Below are positions 1 to 8,523 of a stretch of 13,514 bases of DNA, in pieces. The notes beneath the pieces were generated by a model. The model ran no database searches. It saw nothing but the letters and a program-made list of their open reading frames with translations, and was not told the DNA's origin. A program made the position numbers and the translations under genes. The DNA lies in the NCBI GenBank assembly GCA_046582655.1, contig JAYGDX010000044.1:1-13514 (forward strand), read 5' to 3'. This DNA comes from Candidatus Poribacteria bacterium (lineage in GTDB: Bacteria > Poribacteria > WGA-4E > UBA9662). Numbering within the stretch: position 1 is the first letter of the stretch; each line of letters opens with the position of its first letter.

Positions 1-1
1 A

Positions 2-1501
2 GAAGCTATTGATGTTTATTATCAAGCCCTTGAGATTCAACCTGATAGTGTTGGAATCTACAATAATCTTGGTGTTGCTCTGCACAAGCAGGGGAAATGG
101 GAGAAAGCGGTTGAAGCTTATCAAAAAGCCATCCAGATTCAACCTGACTTTGTGGAGGGACACAATAATTTAGGCGTAGTATTAGAAAAGAAAGGGGAAT
201 TAGACGCAGCGGTTCGAGCTCATCATCAGGCTCTCAGGATTCAACCCGACTTTGCTGAAGCTCATCGTAACCTGGGAGATGTTCTACAGAAACAGGGCAG
301 ATGGGAGAAAGCGGTTGAAGCTTATCAAAAAGCCGTCCAGATTCAGCCTGATTATGTAGCAGCTTACAACAACCTTGGGATTATATGGCAGAAACAAGGT
401 AAATTAGAACAAGCCATCCAAGTCTATCATAAAACTCTCGTAATCAGACCTAACTATCCTCAAGCCCACAATAACTTGGCAAACACGCTAAAGGAGCAGG
501 GGAAATTGAAACAGGCTGTTCAAGCTTACCACAAGGCTATTGAAATTAACCCTGGCTATGCTGATGCTCACAAAAACCTTGGCATCGCGTTACTACTCCA
601 AAGCGAATTTCAGCAAGGCTGGCGGGAATACGAATGGCGACTGAAATCTGATGATCTTTGCATAGGAAATCGTGATCAAACAAGATGGGACGGTTCTTCG
701 CTTAACGGAAAAACAATACTTCTGTATGCTGAACAAGGATTTGGTGACACTATTCAATTCATCCGCTATGCGCATCTACTGGCGGAGTACGATACTGAGA
801 TTATTGTAGAATGTCAACCAGAATTGCTGAAGCTGTTTAAAAATATTGATATTATAAAAAAATTAATTACTGTTGGAGAATCATCCCCTAACTTTGATGT
901 ACATGCTTCATTACTCAGTTTGCCGGGGATACTCGGTACAGATCTTGAATCCATCCCGGCTGAAATTCCTTACCTATATGCCAAGCCAGGATCCTATACT
1001 GATCTAAGCCCGTGTTCTAAATTCAAGGTTGGTATTGTCTGGGCGGGCGCCCTGAAACATCCCAATGACAATAATCGATCTGTCGAACTACCGCAGTTTT
1101 CGGTTTTATTCGATAGAGAAGCCTGTCAATTCTACAGTTTACAGGTCGGAAAGAGAAGAGATGACATCATTCGATACAATTACTCTTATACCGTCATCGA
1201 TTTAGGTGTTAACTTTACTAGTTTTTTCGATACGGCTGCTGCCATTTTAGAATTGGATTTAGTCATTAGTGTTGACACAGCAGTCGCCCATTTGGCTGGG
1301 GCCTTAGGGAAACCCGTATGGATATTGTTGCCATTCATACCGGATTGGCGTTGGCTGTTGAAGAGAGAGGACACACCATGGTATCCAAGGATGAGGTTAT
1401 TTCGACAGACAGATACCAGAGATTGGGCTGAAGTCCTGCAAAAAGTCAGATTGGCACTAGAAGAAATGTATGCTGGATCAAAAAAAGATGATAGTAGTTG
1501 A
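2..1501 (+). CDS. TPR-repeat protein with C-terminal GT-B/GT9-like glycosyltransferase domain (5'-partial)
   Basis: The frame is open from base 2 (EAIDVYYQALEIQPDSVGIYNNLGVALHKQGKWEKAV...), upstream of the ORF-track start at 152. About six 34-aa TPR units (NNLG..L..QG....A...Y..A..I.P) are followed by EQGFGDTIQFIRY, GIVWAG, DLVISVDTAVAHLAGALGKPVWILLP, DWRW and PWYP.MRLFRQ, which are typical of TPR-fused GT9-like proteins. Stop is TGA at 1499-1501. Confidence 0.9.
   Translation, partial: EAIDVYYQALEIQPDSVGIYNNLGVALHKQGKWEKAVEAYQKAIQIQPDFVEGHNNLGVVLEKKGELDAAVRAHHQALRIQPDFAEAHRNLGDVLQKQGRWEKAVEAYQKAVQIQPDYVAAYNNLGIIWQKQGKLEQAIQVYHKTLVIRPNYPQAHNNLANTLKEQGKLKQAVQAYHKAIEINPGYADAHKNLGIALLLQSEFQQGWREYEWRLKSDDLCIGNRDQTRWDGSSLNGKTILLYAEQGFGDTIQFIRYAHLLAEYDTEIIVECQPELLKLFKNIDIIKKLITVGESSPNFDVHASLLSLPGILGTDLESIPAEIPYLYAKPGSYTDLSPCSKFKVGIVWAGALKHPNDNNRSVELPQFSVLFDREACQFYSLQVGKRRDDIIRYNYSYTVIDLGVNFTSFFDTAAAILELDLVISVDTAVAHLAGALGKPVWILLPFIPDWRWLLKREDTPWYPRMRLFRQTDTRDWAEVLQKVRLALEEMYAGSKKDDSS
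97..351 (+). repeat. Near-identical ~50-bp direct repeat inside the TPR array (97-147 and 301-351)
   Basis: ATGGGAGAAAGCGGTTGAAGCTTATCAAAAAGCC (34 nt) is identical at 97-130 and 301-334 and extends with 2 mismatches to about 51 nt. The period is 204 nt, i.e. two TPR units. Confidence 0.9.
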
Positions 1502-1571
1502 TATCAATCGCGCACTGTAATATTTCTTAATTTACCGAAACTAATATTCTTCAAAATAGCAGAGGGTTATA

Positions 1572-2062
1572 ATGCCTAGAAAGCCATTGATTTCATTCGG
1601 GTTGGCGGAAGATAAACAATTCATGGATCAAGGATATCCTTGCCTTGGCAAAATTCTTACTAAAACCAGTTATCGAATTTACAACAGCGGATTGGTGATA
1701 TTATGCTGAATCATATTAAGTGTTAGAACATCCGGTTTCAACTTAATAGCCAAATAGGTATTTACAATGATGCGCCGATGGGATTAGTCGGTCACAAAGG
1801 TTCAACGCTACAGTATCGCAGAATTTTGGGGCTTGAGCAGGATCTAATCCATCTGGCTTATATACAACGCCCGCTATTCAATCACCGCAATTTGTACAGC
1901 CCTTGAAAAGGTGCAACTGAGGCCAACGGTTGCATACAGATTGTATCTGGTACTTCCAAACTTGGTATTATCAACGAGCTTCACTTTGTTTCGGTGGAAG
2001 ACGCTGAAAAGTACAGATTGGAAGAAAAGGCCATTTTTCTGGAAGCTGAGGTAGGAGGTCAA
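1572..2062 (+). pseudogene. Decayed phytanoyl-CoA dioxygenase (PhyH)-family gene
   Basis: ATG at 1572 follows AGAGGG. It reads MPRKPLISFGLAEDKQFMDQGYPCLGKIL, frameshifts at ~1662, then NQLSNLQQRIGDIML..*(TAG 1724)..GHKGSTLQYRRILGLEQD..LAYIQRPLF, TGA at 1904, then GATEANGCIQIVSGTSKLGII...LEAEVG (the PhyH 'AT..NGC...PGSH' motif). The HxD segment and the C-terminal His region are missing. Confidence 0.75.
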
Positions 2063-3364
2063 ATGATCCAATTGGCACGGTATGGGTTGATTGCTGGAGC
2101 TGCTAAGACAGTTATTACGCCTGATGCCGAAGGCACCTTCCTGATTGGACCGATGCAATCGAGTACTGGTGTTAACGATGCGCTGTGGGCTCGGGCCTTG
2201 GTGCTATCAGACAGCAGAAATCGAATTGCCATCTTGACTCTCGACTATCTCGGTTTCGATTTTGCCTATAACGATATTCTGATTCAAGCCGCGTCTGAGT
2301 CCTCCGGTATTCCCTCTGGAAACATCATGATTAATTGCAGTCACACTCATAGTGCACCAATTACCATACCATGGGGACCTTGGGATAGAGAAAAGGACAA
2401 ACCCTTTCACAGTTTTCTGCCCGAAAAGATTGCTGAGATTACGAAACAGGCGAGCTTATGCCTTGAACCAGTGCGCTTACGGTACCGTCGTGAATCCACA
2501 CAGGTTGGGTTTAATCGCCGCTTTTTTGATGGACAAAGCATCAGTATGGCACCCAATCCGAATGGAGCAATATTACCGTGGGTCGATGTCTTGTCTATTG
2601 AACGAATGGAAGGGAAGCCGGTTGCTGTTCTTTTCAGCCATGCAGCTCACCCGGTGATCGTCCATGGAGCAAGTACCTTGATTAGCGCCGATTACCCGGG
2701 GTTTGCCGTCGAGACGTTGATGCGTGAGCATGGGAAAGAAACGGTGTACATGTTCGCTCAGGGCTGTAGCGCCAATATTAATGGATTTCCACTTCGTAGC
2801 GGTATAGATGCCGCTAGTGGTGCCGGTCGCGATTTAGGACTAGCTGTCTGCCGGGCACTCAAGGCTATGGGAGAAGAGATTCCAATCGAAAATATTCAAG
2901 TCGAATCTGTGGAGTTGAAACTTCCGCTACAGGAGCCACCTTCAGTTGAAAGATGCCAAGAGATGCTGGAGCAGGAAAAAGATGCTGAAAGGCAGCGAGC
3001 TTTCTCCGAGTTACTAACTACCAGCCAATCTGTCCAGCCGCCGTCGGTTCTATTGCCAATACGGGCTTTTGGTATTGGCAATCTTTGTATTCTCGGTTTA
3101 GCACACGAAATGTTCGCTGAATACCATCACTATATCAACGAGGTCTCGCCCTTCCTTTATAACATGGTTTTGGCTTATACCAACGGAGTAGAGTGTTACG
3201 TTGGTACTAAGAAAGACTACGATCTTGGTGGTCACGGAGGTTATGAAACGGCACCTATGGGGGCTGCCTTCCTCTACCAACCTCGGCTGCCGCTCGCACC
3301 ACAATCCGAGGAGTTAATCCAGAATGGTTTAAAACGTATTCTTGATCAACTGGCGGCTGGATAG
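2063..3364 (+). CDS. Neutral/alkaline ceramidase N-terminal-domain-like metal-dependent amidase
   Basis: Motifs D.LWARALVL, NCSHTHSAP, FNRR, HAAHPV, ISADYPG, QGCSANIN, HEMFAEY, AYTNG..CY and GGYE. The true start is probably ATG 2063, preceded by the strong RBS AGGAGGT (2053-2059); the ORF-track GTG at 1994 lies in the PhyH remnant. Confidence 0.8.
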   Translation: MIQLARYGLIAGAAKTVITPDAEGTFLIGPMQSSTGVNDALWARALVLSDSRNRIAILTLDYLGFDFAYNDILIQAASESSGIPSGNIMINCSHTHSAPITIPWGPWDREKDKPFHSFLPEKIAEITKQASLCLEPVRLRYRRESTQVGFNRRFFDGQSISMAPNPNGAILPWVDVLSIERMEGKPVAVLFSHAAHPVIVHGASTLISADYPGFAVETLMREHGKETVYMFAQGCSANINGFPLRSGIDAASGAGRDLGLAVCRALKAMGEEIPIENIQVESVELKLPLQEPPSVERCQEMLEQEKDAERQRAFSELLTTSQSVQPPSVLLPIRAFGIGNLCILGLAHEMFAEYHHYINEVSPFLYNMVLAYTNGVECYVGTKKDYDLGGHGGYETAPMGAAFLYQPRLPLAPQSEELIQNGLKRILDQLAAG

Positions 3365-3411
3365 CATTAGTTGGAATTTCATCTGCCAAGCAGATCTGTT
3401 TGTAATCGGTG

Positions 3412-4579
3412 TTATAAACCTTGATACTTAGTTTCCATCTTGAGCCATTCCCGGTAAGCACAAGGCATGGGATCAAGAGTGCTTAAACCAGCTTCCTGAT
3501 GCCATCGGTGCAGTGGATGCTGACGGTTCTGTTGTAGTAGATTCACGCCAATACCATAGGCCGCCGGCTCAAATACGCCCATTATCACCTCTAATGCGTG
3601 CCGTTCTTCAGCCCCACTGCATTCATGATTCCGACCTTGATCGAGTGCCTGAACATATTCGTCAACAAACCAATAGTTATCGACAATCGATTCTGGATTG
3701 TCAGTCGGGGAATAGATAGGATCTAAAGTCTGCCAGTGGTCTTTCCTGACGTCAGGAGTGTAATGCGGTTGTGGTAGAACCAAGCCCGATCCGTATGCCG
3801 GACCAAGCGTCCATGGCTGCCATACCATTCCATAACGCTACCGTCAACATTGATAGGGGAGAATTGATCGTGCAAAAGTGTGGCTGTCACATTGCGGTCA
3901 AACTGTAGCGTAGCAGTAATGTGTTGTCCCACGATCGTTCCCATCCCACCAAGAGACTGGCGGACATCGTGAGGTGTGATATGACAACCATTGGTGGTGG
4001 TTTGGGAAACTACACTCCGGCAAGGACCAGCTAACTTGAACATATCGTTGACTTTGTGGGTGCCGATATTGATCAAACCGTAACCTCCATAGTACCCTTT
4101 GTTGGAGCTATGGATAATCTCAATTTCCCAATCTTTCCAGCGTTGAAGGCTTGAGAAACGGCCCGCATCGCTGTACCAACTCATCCTTGGTGATGCACCG
4201 CCACGCGTACTTCTTTCTCCTTTGCTTTGTCGACTATCTTGTCAGCCTGAAGCAGATTGACACAGATTGGTTTTTCTACTTCAATATTGACGCCATACTC
4301 TAGTACCCGCATCGATAGATCGTAGTGGCGCTCGGTGGCAGTGGTGACAGCAATAATATCTGGTGATGTCTGGCAGATCATATGATCCAAATTCTTGAAA
4401 CGGTTGGGCATCCTTAATTCATTTCCCAGTTGGTCGAATGGTTCTCTAACCAAGTCACAGAGTCCTACCAACTCGGTTCGGGGATGGGCGTGGTAGGCTC
4501 TGGCGGTGGCGCTCCCTCGGCCCCGACAGATAATAGCAACCCTATAAACTTGTCCGGAACTTGCCGAATGGTTGGTCAC
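3412..4579 (-). pseudogene. Gfo/Idh/MocA-family NAD(P)-dependent oxidoreductase, disrupted
   Basis: N-terminal Rossmann segment YRVAIICRGRG (the Gly of IIGC is apparently lost), LVGLCD and EKP motif. There is an in-frame TGA at 4181-4183 (HHQG*VGTAMRAVSQAFNAGKIGKLR), a frameshift at ~4116 into HSSNKGYYGGYGLINIGTH, and a frameshift at ~3780 into LPQPHYTPD...HECSGAEERHALEVIMGVFE. Confidence 0.85.
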
Positions 4580-4752
4580 CCAAGTTCCGCCACTGTTTTA
4601 AATTACTTTTACCGCTGAGAGAGGTCATCATCTAACAGCACACAATCGGATTTGTCCTTTTCTATAGAAACGAAAACGACAGGCAGTTTCAAATCCTAAC
4701 CGATATGTTTATAGATCTTATGGTTCGTACCCATTTGGTGCAGAATGACATC

Positions 4753-4961
4753 TCCATTCATAATAGATGTAGCATTCCTCAAAAGATTGGTAATGATGAT
4801 AACCAATGGAGACATCTGGTAGAAGAAGACAGTGGACGAGTTAGGGGGAATTGGTTTGGAAATCCTACAGTCCCCCAAATCTGGTACGAGAGAAGGAATT
4901 GGCACCTTCATGGCTCAATCCTTCCATTAAATCTTCACGAGGAAATACGCTTAATGTTCAT
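4753..4961 (-). pseudogene. Heavily decayed cupin-domain gene remnant
   Basis: RBS GAGGAG (4972-4967) and ATG at 4961 (MNIKR..). Multi-frame fragments include EDLMEGLSHEG and DFQTN. Bases 4840->4766 read LVHCLLLPDVSIGYHHYQSFEECYI, followed after a shift by IMNG, resembling cupin motif 1 (SIGyHxH...EExY...G). Confidence 0.55.
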
Positions 4962-5142
4962 TGAAACTCCTCTCGGTCACACAGTTAATCGGAAAATGAT
5001 TGAGAAATCACCGAGAGATTATCAGTTTGTCAAACAGACGTCAAAGAGCGGCGAATGCCAGTGACCGCAATCTTGTTTATAAGTCTGATAGGCGCAGTCT
5101 AAACAGTACATAAGAAATTATGGGCGTGCCCTTGAAACCCGA

Positions 5143-5171
5143 TTTACAGCATTCACAATCTTTGCTAAAAT
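5143..5171 (+). promoter_or_regulatory. Sigma70-type promoter with extended -10, upstream of the amidohydrolase pseudogene
   Basis: TTTACA (5143-5148), a 17-nt spacer, then TAAAAT (5166-5171) with TG at 5163-5164. RBS AGGAGG at 5221-5226. Confidence 0.55.
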
Positions 5172-5236
5172 ATCTGTGATCCAACAAATTTCCTGTTAAC
5201 CTAAGATCCTGTCAAATTACAGGAGGATGAGAAAGT

Positions 5237-6086
5237 ATGATAGATATTCCAATAATCGATACACACTTACACCTCTGGGATCCCAGCCAGTTATCATACC
5301 CATGGCTGTTAGATCTGCCCCAGTTGAATGGACCCTACCTGCTTGAGGATTAGCAAGCAACAGCAGAGCTTAAGATTGAGAAGATGGTATTCCTCCAGTG
5401 TGAAAAGAATTTTCACAATTTAAACAAGAAACCGATTGGGTCGCATCGCAAGCCAATATAGATTCACGTATCCGCGGTATTGTATCGTGGGCACCAATTG
5501 AAACAGGTAAGGCTGTACGGGACGATCTTCAGCTATTAGCAGAGAATTCGCTGGTTTGCGGTGTGCGAAGAATTATTCAGTTTGAGCCCGATGCCAAATT
5601 CTGTCTGAACCCAAATTTTGTCCTCGGTGTACAACAACTGTCGGAATTTGATATGAACTTCGATCTCTGCATCAAAGGGGACGAGCAGTTCAGGCACACA
5701 CTGAACCTGGTTAGTCAGTGTCCGGAGGTTCTGTTTATCCTTGGTCATATTGGTAAACCGTTTATCAAAGAAAAGATTATTGAACCATGGGCTACTTATC
5801 TCAAGGAACTATCGGGGATGCCCGATAGTTCCTTGAGATATCCGGCCTAGTCAACGAAGCCAACTGGGAAAATTGGACACCAGACGACCTCCAACCCTAT
5901 ATCAATCATATGATAGAGTCGTTTGGCTTTGATAGGATTATGTTTGGTGGCGACTGGCCGGTTTGTACTTTGGCAACCACCTACCAATGTTGGATTGAAA
6001 CGTTGTGGAAGGCAGTGTCCGGTTGCTCGACAGAACAGGTTCAAAAGCTGTTCTCCGCCAATGCTGAGAAGTTCTATCGGGTGTAG
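5237..6086 (+). pseudogene. Amidohydrolase_2-family (L-fuconolactonase-like) gene, disrupted
   Basis: Reads MIDIPIIDTHLHLWDPSQLSYPWL (HxH metal motif), with an in-frame TAG at 5351-5353. A frameshift at ~5410 leads into ETDWV...IRGIVSWAPIE...GVRRIIQFEPD...FDLCI...GHIGKP, and a frameshift at ~5835 leads into ISGLVNEANW..W...PYINHMIESFGFDRIMFGGDWPVC...NAEKFYRV* (TAG 6084-6086). Confidence 0.9.
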
Positions 6087-6096
6087 GTTTTTGTGA

Positions 6097-6927
6097 TTAT
6101 GGGATTTCCCGATGAATCTTGTAGGCCTGATCCCGATTCCAACCAGGATATTGTTCTTCCAATGCCTCCAGAGTTTGTTTGGTGTAGTACGGATGTCCAA
6201 CCGGAGGAAACCGGAAAAGCTCTCGCTCCTTGGTGGTGAGTGAACCAATAAACTCCTGGAAATGTGGGTTCCGACCAACGCTGGTGTAGTGTAAGGCACC
6301 TTCCCAGTAGTGATCCGCGCGACCCAAGGCGAATTTCCACACGTAACGCTGGCCATCTTCTCGACAATAATCACCAGCTGAGTGCCAATTATAGTTGGTA
6401 AAGATGGCCACAGAACCTCCTGGTGCAACGAATTTTTCAGCACGACTCAGGTCTTGACCATCCGACGTTTTGACCAAATGTGTTGGGGCTTGATCTTCAT
6501 CCACATCTTCCAGGTAAAACCAGAAATTGAGTTGACCATGATGCCGGTTAGATTGGCTAGGAGGGAGTAACGAATTGTTACCGTTATCCATATGTGGTTT
6601 GCCTGAATCGGGGAACCCTTTAAATCCGGGATAACGAACCATAGCTAACCCTGGGCGATAGTGGATATGTTCTGTACCTAACCATTGGCGAGCAAACCGA
6701 ATTGCTTCTGGATTGACGATGGCCTGATTGAGGCATTGCTCGGGGTATGGAAAGTAGGTGGAATCACTGGTGACCGTTTTATCCTCCAGCTCTTCCCATG
6801 GAGGGAGGAGGCGACGGATAGCACCTACCATTCCCATCCGCTGTACTTCTGGCAAAAAATTGTGGACAATTACATAACTGTCTCTTTTCAGGGTTTCAAA
6901 GTGCGCGTCGGTTAGTACTACTTTCAT
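6097..6927 (-). CDS. Phytanoyl-CoA dioxygenase (PhyH)-family 2OG-Fe(II) oxygenase
   Basis: 276-aa intact ORF with RBS GAGGAG. Facial triad PHMDNG ... NWHSAG, plus WFYLEDVDEDQAPT and a downstream Arg (GQRY). Confidence 0.82.
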   Translation of the reverse strand: MKVVLTDAHFETLKRDSYVIVHNFLPEVQRMGMVGAIRRLLPPWEELEDKTVTSDSTYFPYPEQCLNQAIVNPEAIRFARQWLGTEHIHYRPGLAMVRYPGFKGFPDSGKPHMDNGNNSLLPPSQSNRHHGQLNFWFYLEDVDEDQAPTHLVKTSDGQDLSRAEKFVAPGGSVAIFTNYNWHSAGDYCREDGQRYVWKFALGRADHYWEGALHYTSVGRNPHFQEFIGSLTTKERELFRFPPVGHPYYTKQTLEALEEQYPGWNRDQAYKIHREIP

Positions 6928-7005
6928 AAGCTCCTCTGTAATAAAAAACGCTTGGATTTCATCTTTTTAAAGCATTATTTCTGGCAAAAAACTGTTGAAG
7001 ATATT

Positions 7006-8253
7006 TTAATCTATCAAGGCTTGGTAAACTAGAGCTTGAAAATCTCTTTCTGGTACTTGAAAATAACTCAGTCGCTGACACATGAAGATGCCAACGATCT
7101 CCTCCTTAGGATCTACCCAATAGTAGGTCTTGGCTGCGCCAGCCCATCCAAACTCACCCACCGACCCTGTCAGGTTAGTTTGGGCAGGATCTATGCACAC
7201 CCGCAACCCCAGTCCAAACCCATAGCCTGTCCACATAACAAGGTCATTGAGTCCAAAGGGCAGTAAGGCTAATGGCAAGTGGTTGCAGTGCATCAACTCG
7301 ACGGTTTTCCTGCCTAAGATCCTATTGCCATCCAATTCGCCTCCATTGAGAAGCATCTGTGCGAAGCAGAAGTAATCGTCGATTGTCATGAAAAGACCGT
7401 GACCGCCGCGGGCGTGATTCGGGTTGTCATGGGGATAAGTGCTTGTCAGATCTAGCAATTTGTTTGGTTCCGTTATGGTTGCCGATACCAACTCGTCAAA
7501 ACCAACATTCGTTGCTAGCAAGTCGATGTTACCGAACATGTCTACTATGTTTGATGCATGAGCCTCTTCAACCTCGAATCCAGATTGATCCATCCCTAGC
7601 GGTTCAAACAGGCGATTCCGCAGAAAATCACCTAGCGGGCAATTGGCAATCACTTCAAGTAGGGGGCCAACACATCGATGGAAACACTATAGTGCCACCT
7701 TTCGCCCGGATGGAATAATAGTGGATGATCAGCGATTAACCGTACTGTATCCGATAGACTGATAGACGCATCAGTTAGTAACCGTGAAGCACGGTATTTT
7801 TCCGCCACTGAATCGGCCAGAAATGTGTACGAAAGCCCAGATGTGTGGGTAAACAGATCTTTGATCAAAATCTTCCGCTGACTCGGTACCAATCTCTCTG
7901 TACTCCCGTCTGTTTCCAATACTTCTGGATTGGCAAATTGAGGCAAATATTGTGATAAAGGTTGATCAAGGTGAAATCGGCCTTCTTCGTGCAACGTCAT
8001 CAGGGCAGTACAGATAATGGGTTTTGTCATAGAATAGACCCTGAAGATAGCGTCCGGTGAAATTGGTGTTTTGGTCTTGGTTCTTGGTACTCATCAAACC
8101 GATCCACGATCGGTTCACAACCTGTCCTCGGCGCGCCACTAGGGTACTGATTCCAGCGATATCACCGTTATCGATATAGGTTCTCAACCTAGGTTCGATG
8201 CGGTTCAGGCGTTGATGACAAAACCCAAGTTTTTCTGGATCGGATACATTCAT
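7006..8253 (-). pseudogene. Class C beta-lactamase-like serine hydrolase (esterase EstB/AmpC superfamily), frameshifted
   Basis: MNVSDPEKLGFCHQRLNRI...GISTLVARRGQVV, then a frameshift at ~8070-8100 into TPISPDAIFRVYSMTKPI (SxxK motif), LFTHTSGLSY and PGERWHYS. A second frameshift at ~7662 (G5 run) leads into LLEVIANCPLGDFLRNRLFEPLGM...GGHGL...FGWAGAAKTYYWVDP. Confidence 0.85.
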
Positions 8254-8378
8254 TCCATTTATCCCCAATATCCCTAGTTTATTCAGATCTAGAGATTATA
8301 CAAGCAATATTACACGGTAAAATAAAGTAGACAGTTGGCAGGAATCAAAGCTCTTGACCTGGGGTTCCTCATCGGTAG

Positions 8379-8423
8379 ATGATATGTCAATCAGTTGACA
8401 AATGTCAACCGTTGTCGTACCCT
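8379..8423. promoter_or_regulatory. Overlapping divergent sigma70-like promoters built on a TTGACA palindrome
   Basis: GTTGACA-AA-TGTCAAC at 8394-8409. Plus strand: TTGACA 8395-8400, 17 nt, TACCCT 8418-8423. Minus strand: TTGACA 8408-8403, 18 nt, TATCAT 8384-8379. A third TGTCAA lies at 8385-8390. Confidence 0.55.
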
Positions 8424-8523
8424 ATTCAATCTTAGCCCAGAAGCTATTTTAACATCAGTTTATTCAAAAAGCTGGCACTGCGGAAGAAAAGAACCCAAGT
8501 TTTCAAACGAAAAGGAACAAGAT

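Noticed and set aside
3381..3400. Hairpin ATCTGC-caa-GCAGAT as a terminator between convergent genes
   Set aside because: A 6-bp stem with a 3-nt loop and a poor U-tract is too weak to call.
4970..5017. Inverted repeat CTCTCGGT...ACCGAGAG next to the cupin RBS as a riboregulator
   Set aside because: The arms are only 8 bp with a ~32-nt loop and match no riboswitch consensus I recognise, so it is compatible with chance.
4705..5064. 119-aa plus-strand ORF as a real gene
   Set aside because: It has no RBS or recognisable motif, and it overlaps the cupin remnant on the opposite strand.
5847..6443. 198-aa minus-strand ORF and other short overlapping ORFs (e.g. 1874-2158, 6074-6367, 11280-11690, 13175-13385)
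   Set aside because: These are alternate-frame or antisense shadows of better-supported genes, with no family motifs.
7650..8100. Programmed frameshifting or phase variation in the serine hydrolase
   Set aside because: Two separate shifts are needed, the G5 run is short, and no slippery heptamer with a downstream structure is evident. Decay is simpler, although a sequencing error at the G5 run cannot be excluded.
7006..8253. Antibiotic-resistance beta-lactamase
   Set aside because: The SxxK/YS family includes many esterases. There is no signal peptide, the GWAG box is esterase-like rather than KTG, and the gene is broken.
8395..8523. 43-aa N-terminal extension of the GH32 given by the ORF track
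   Set aside because: The TTG at 8395 is part of the -35 box and has no RBS. TTG 8524 has a properly spaced AAGGA.
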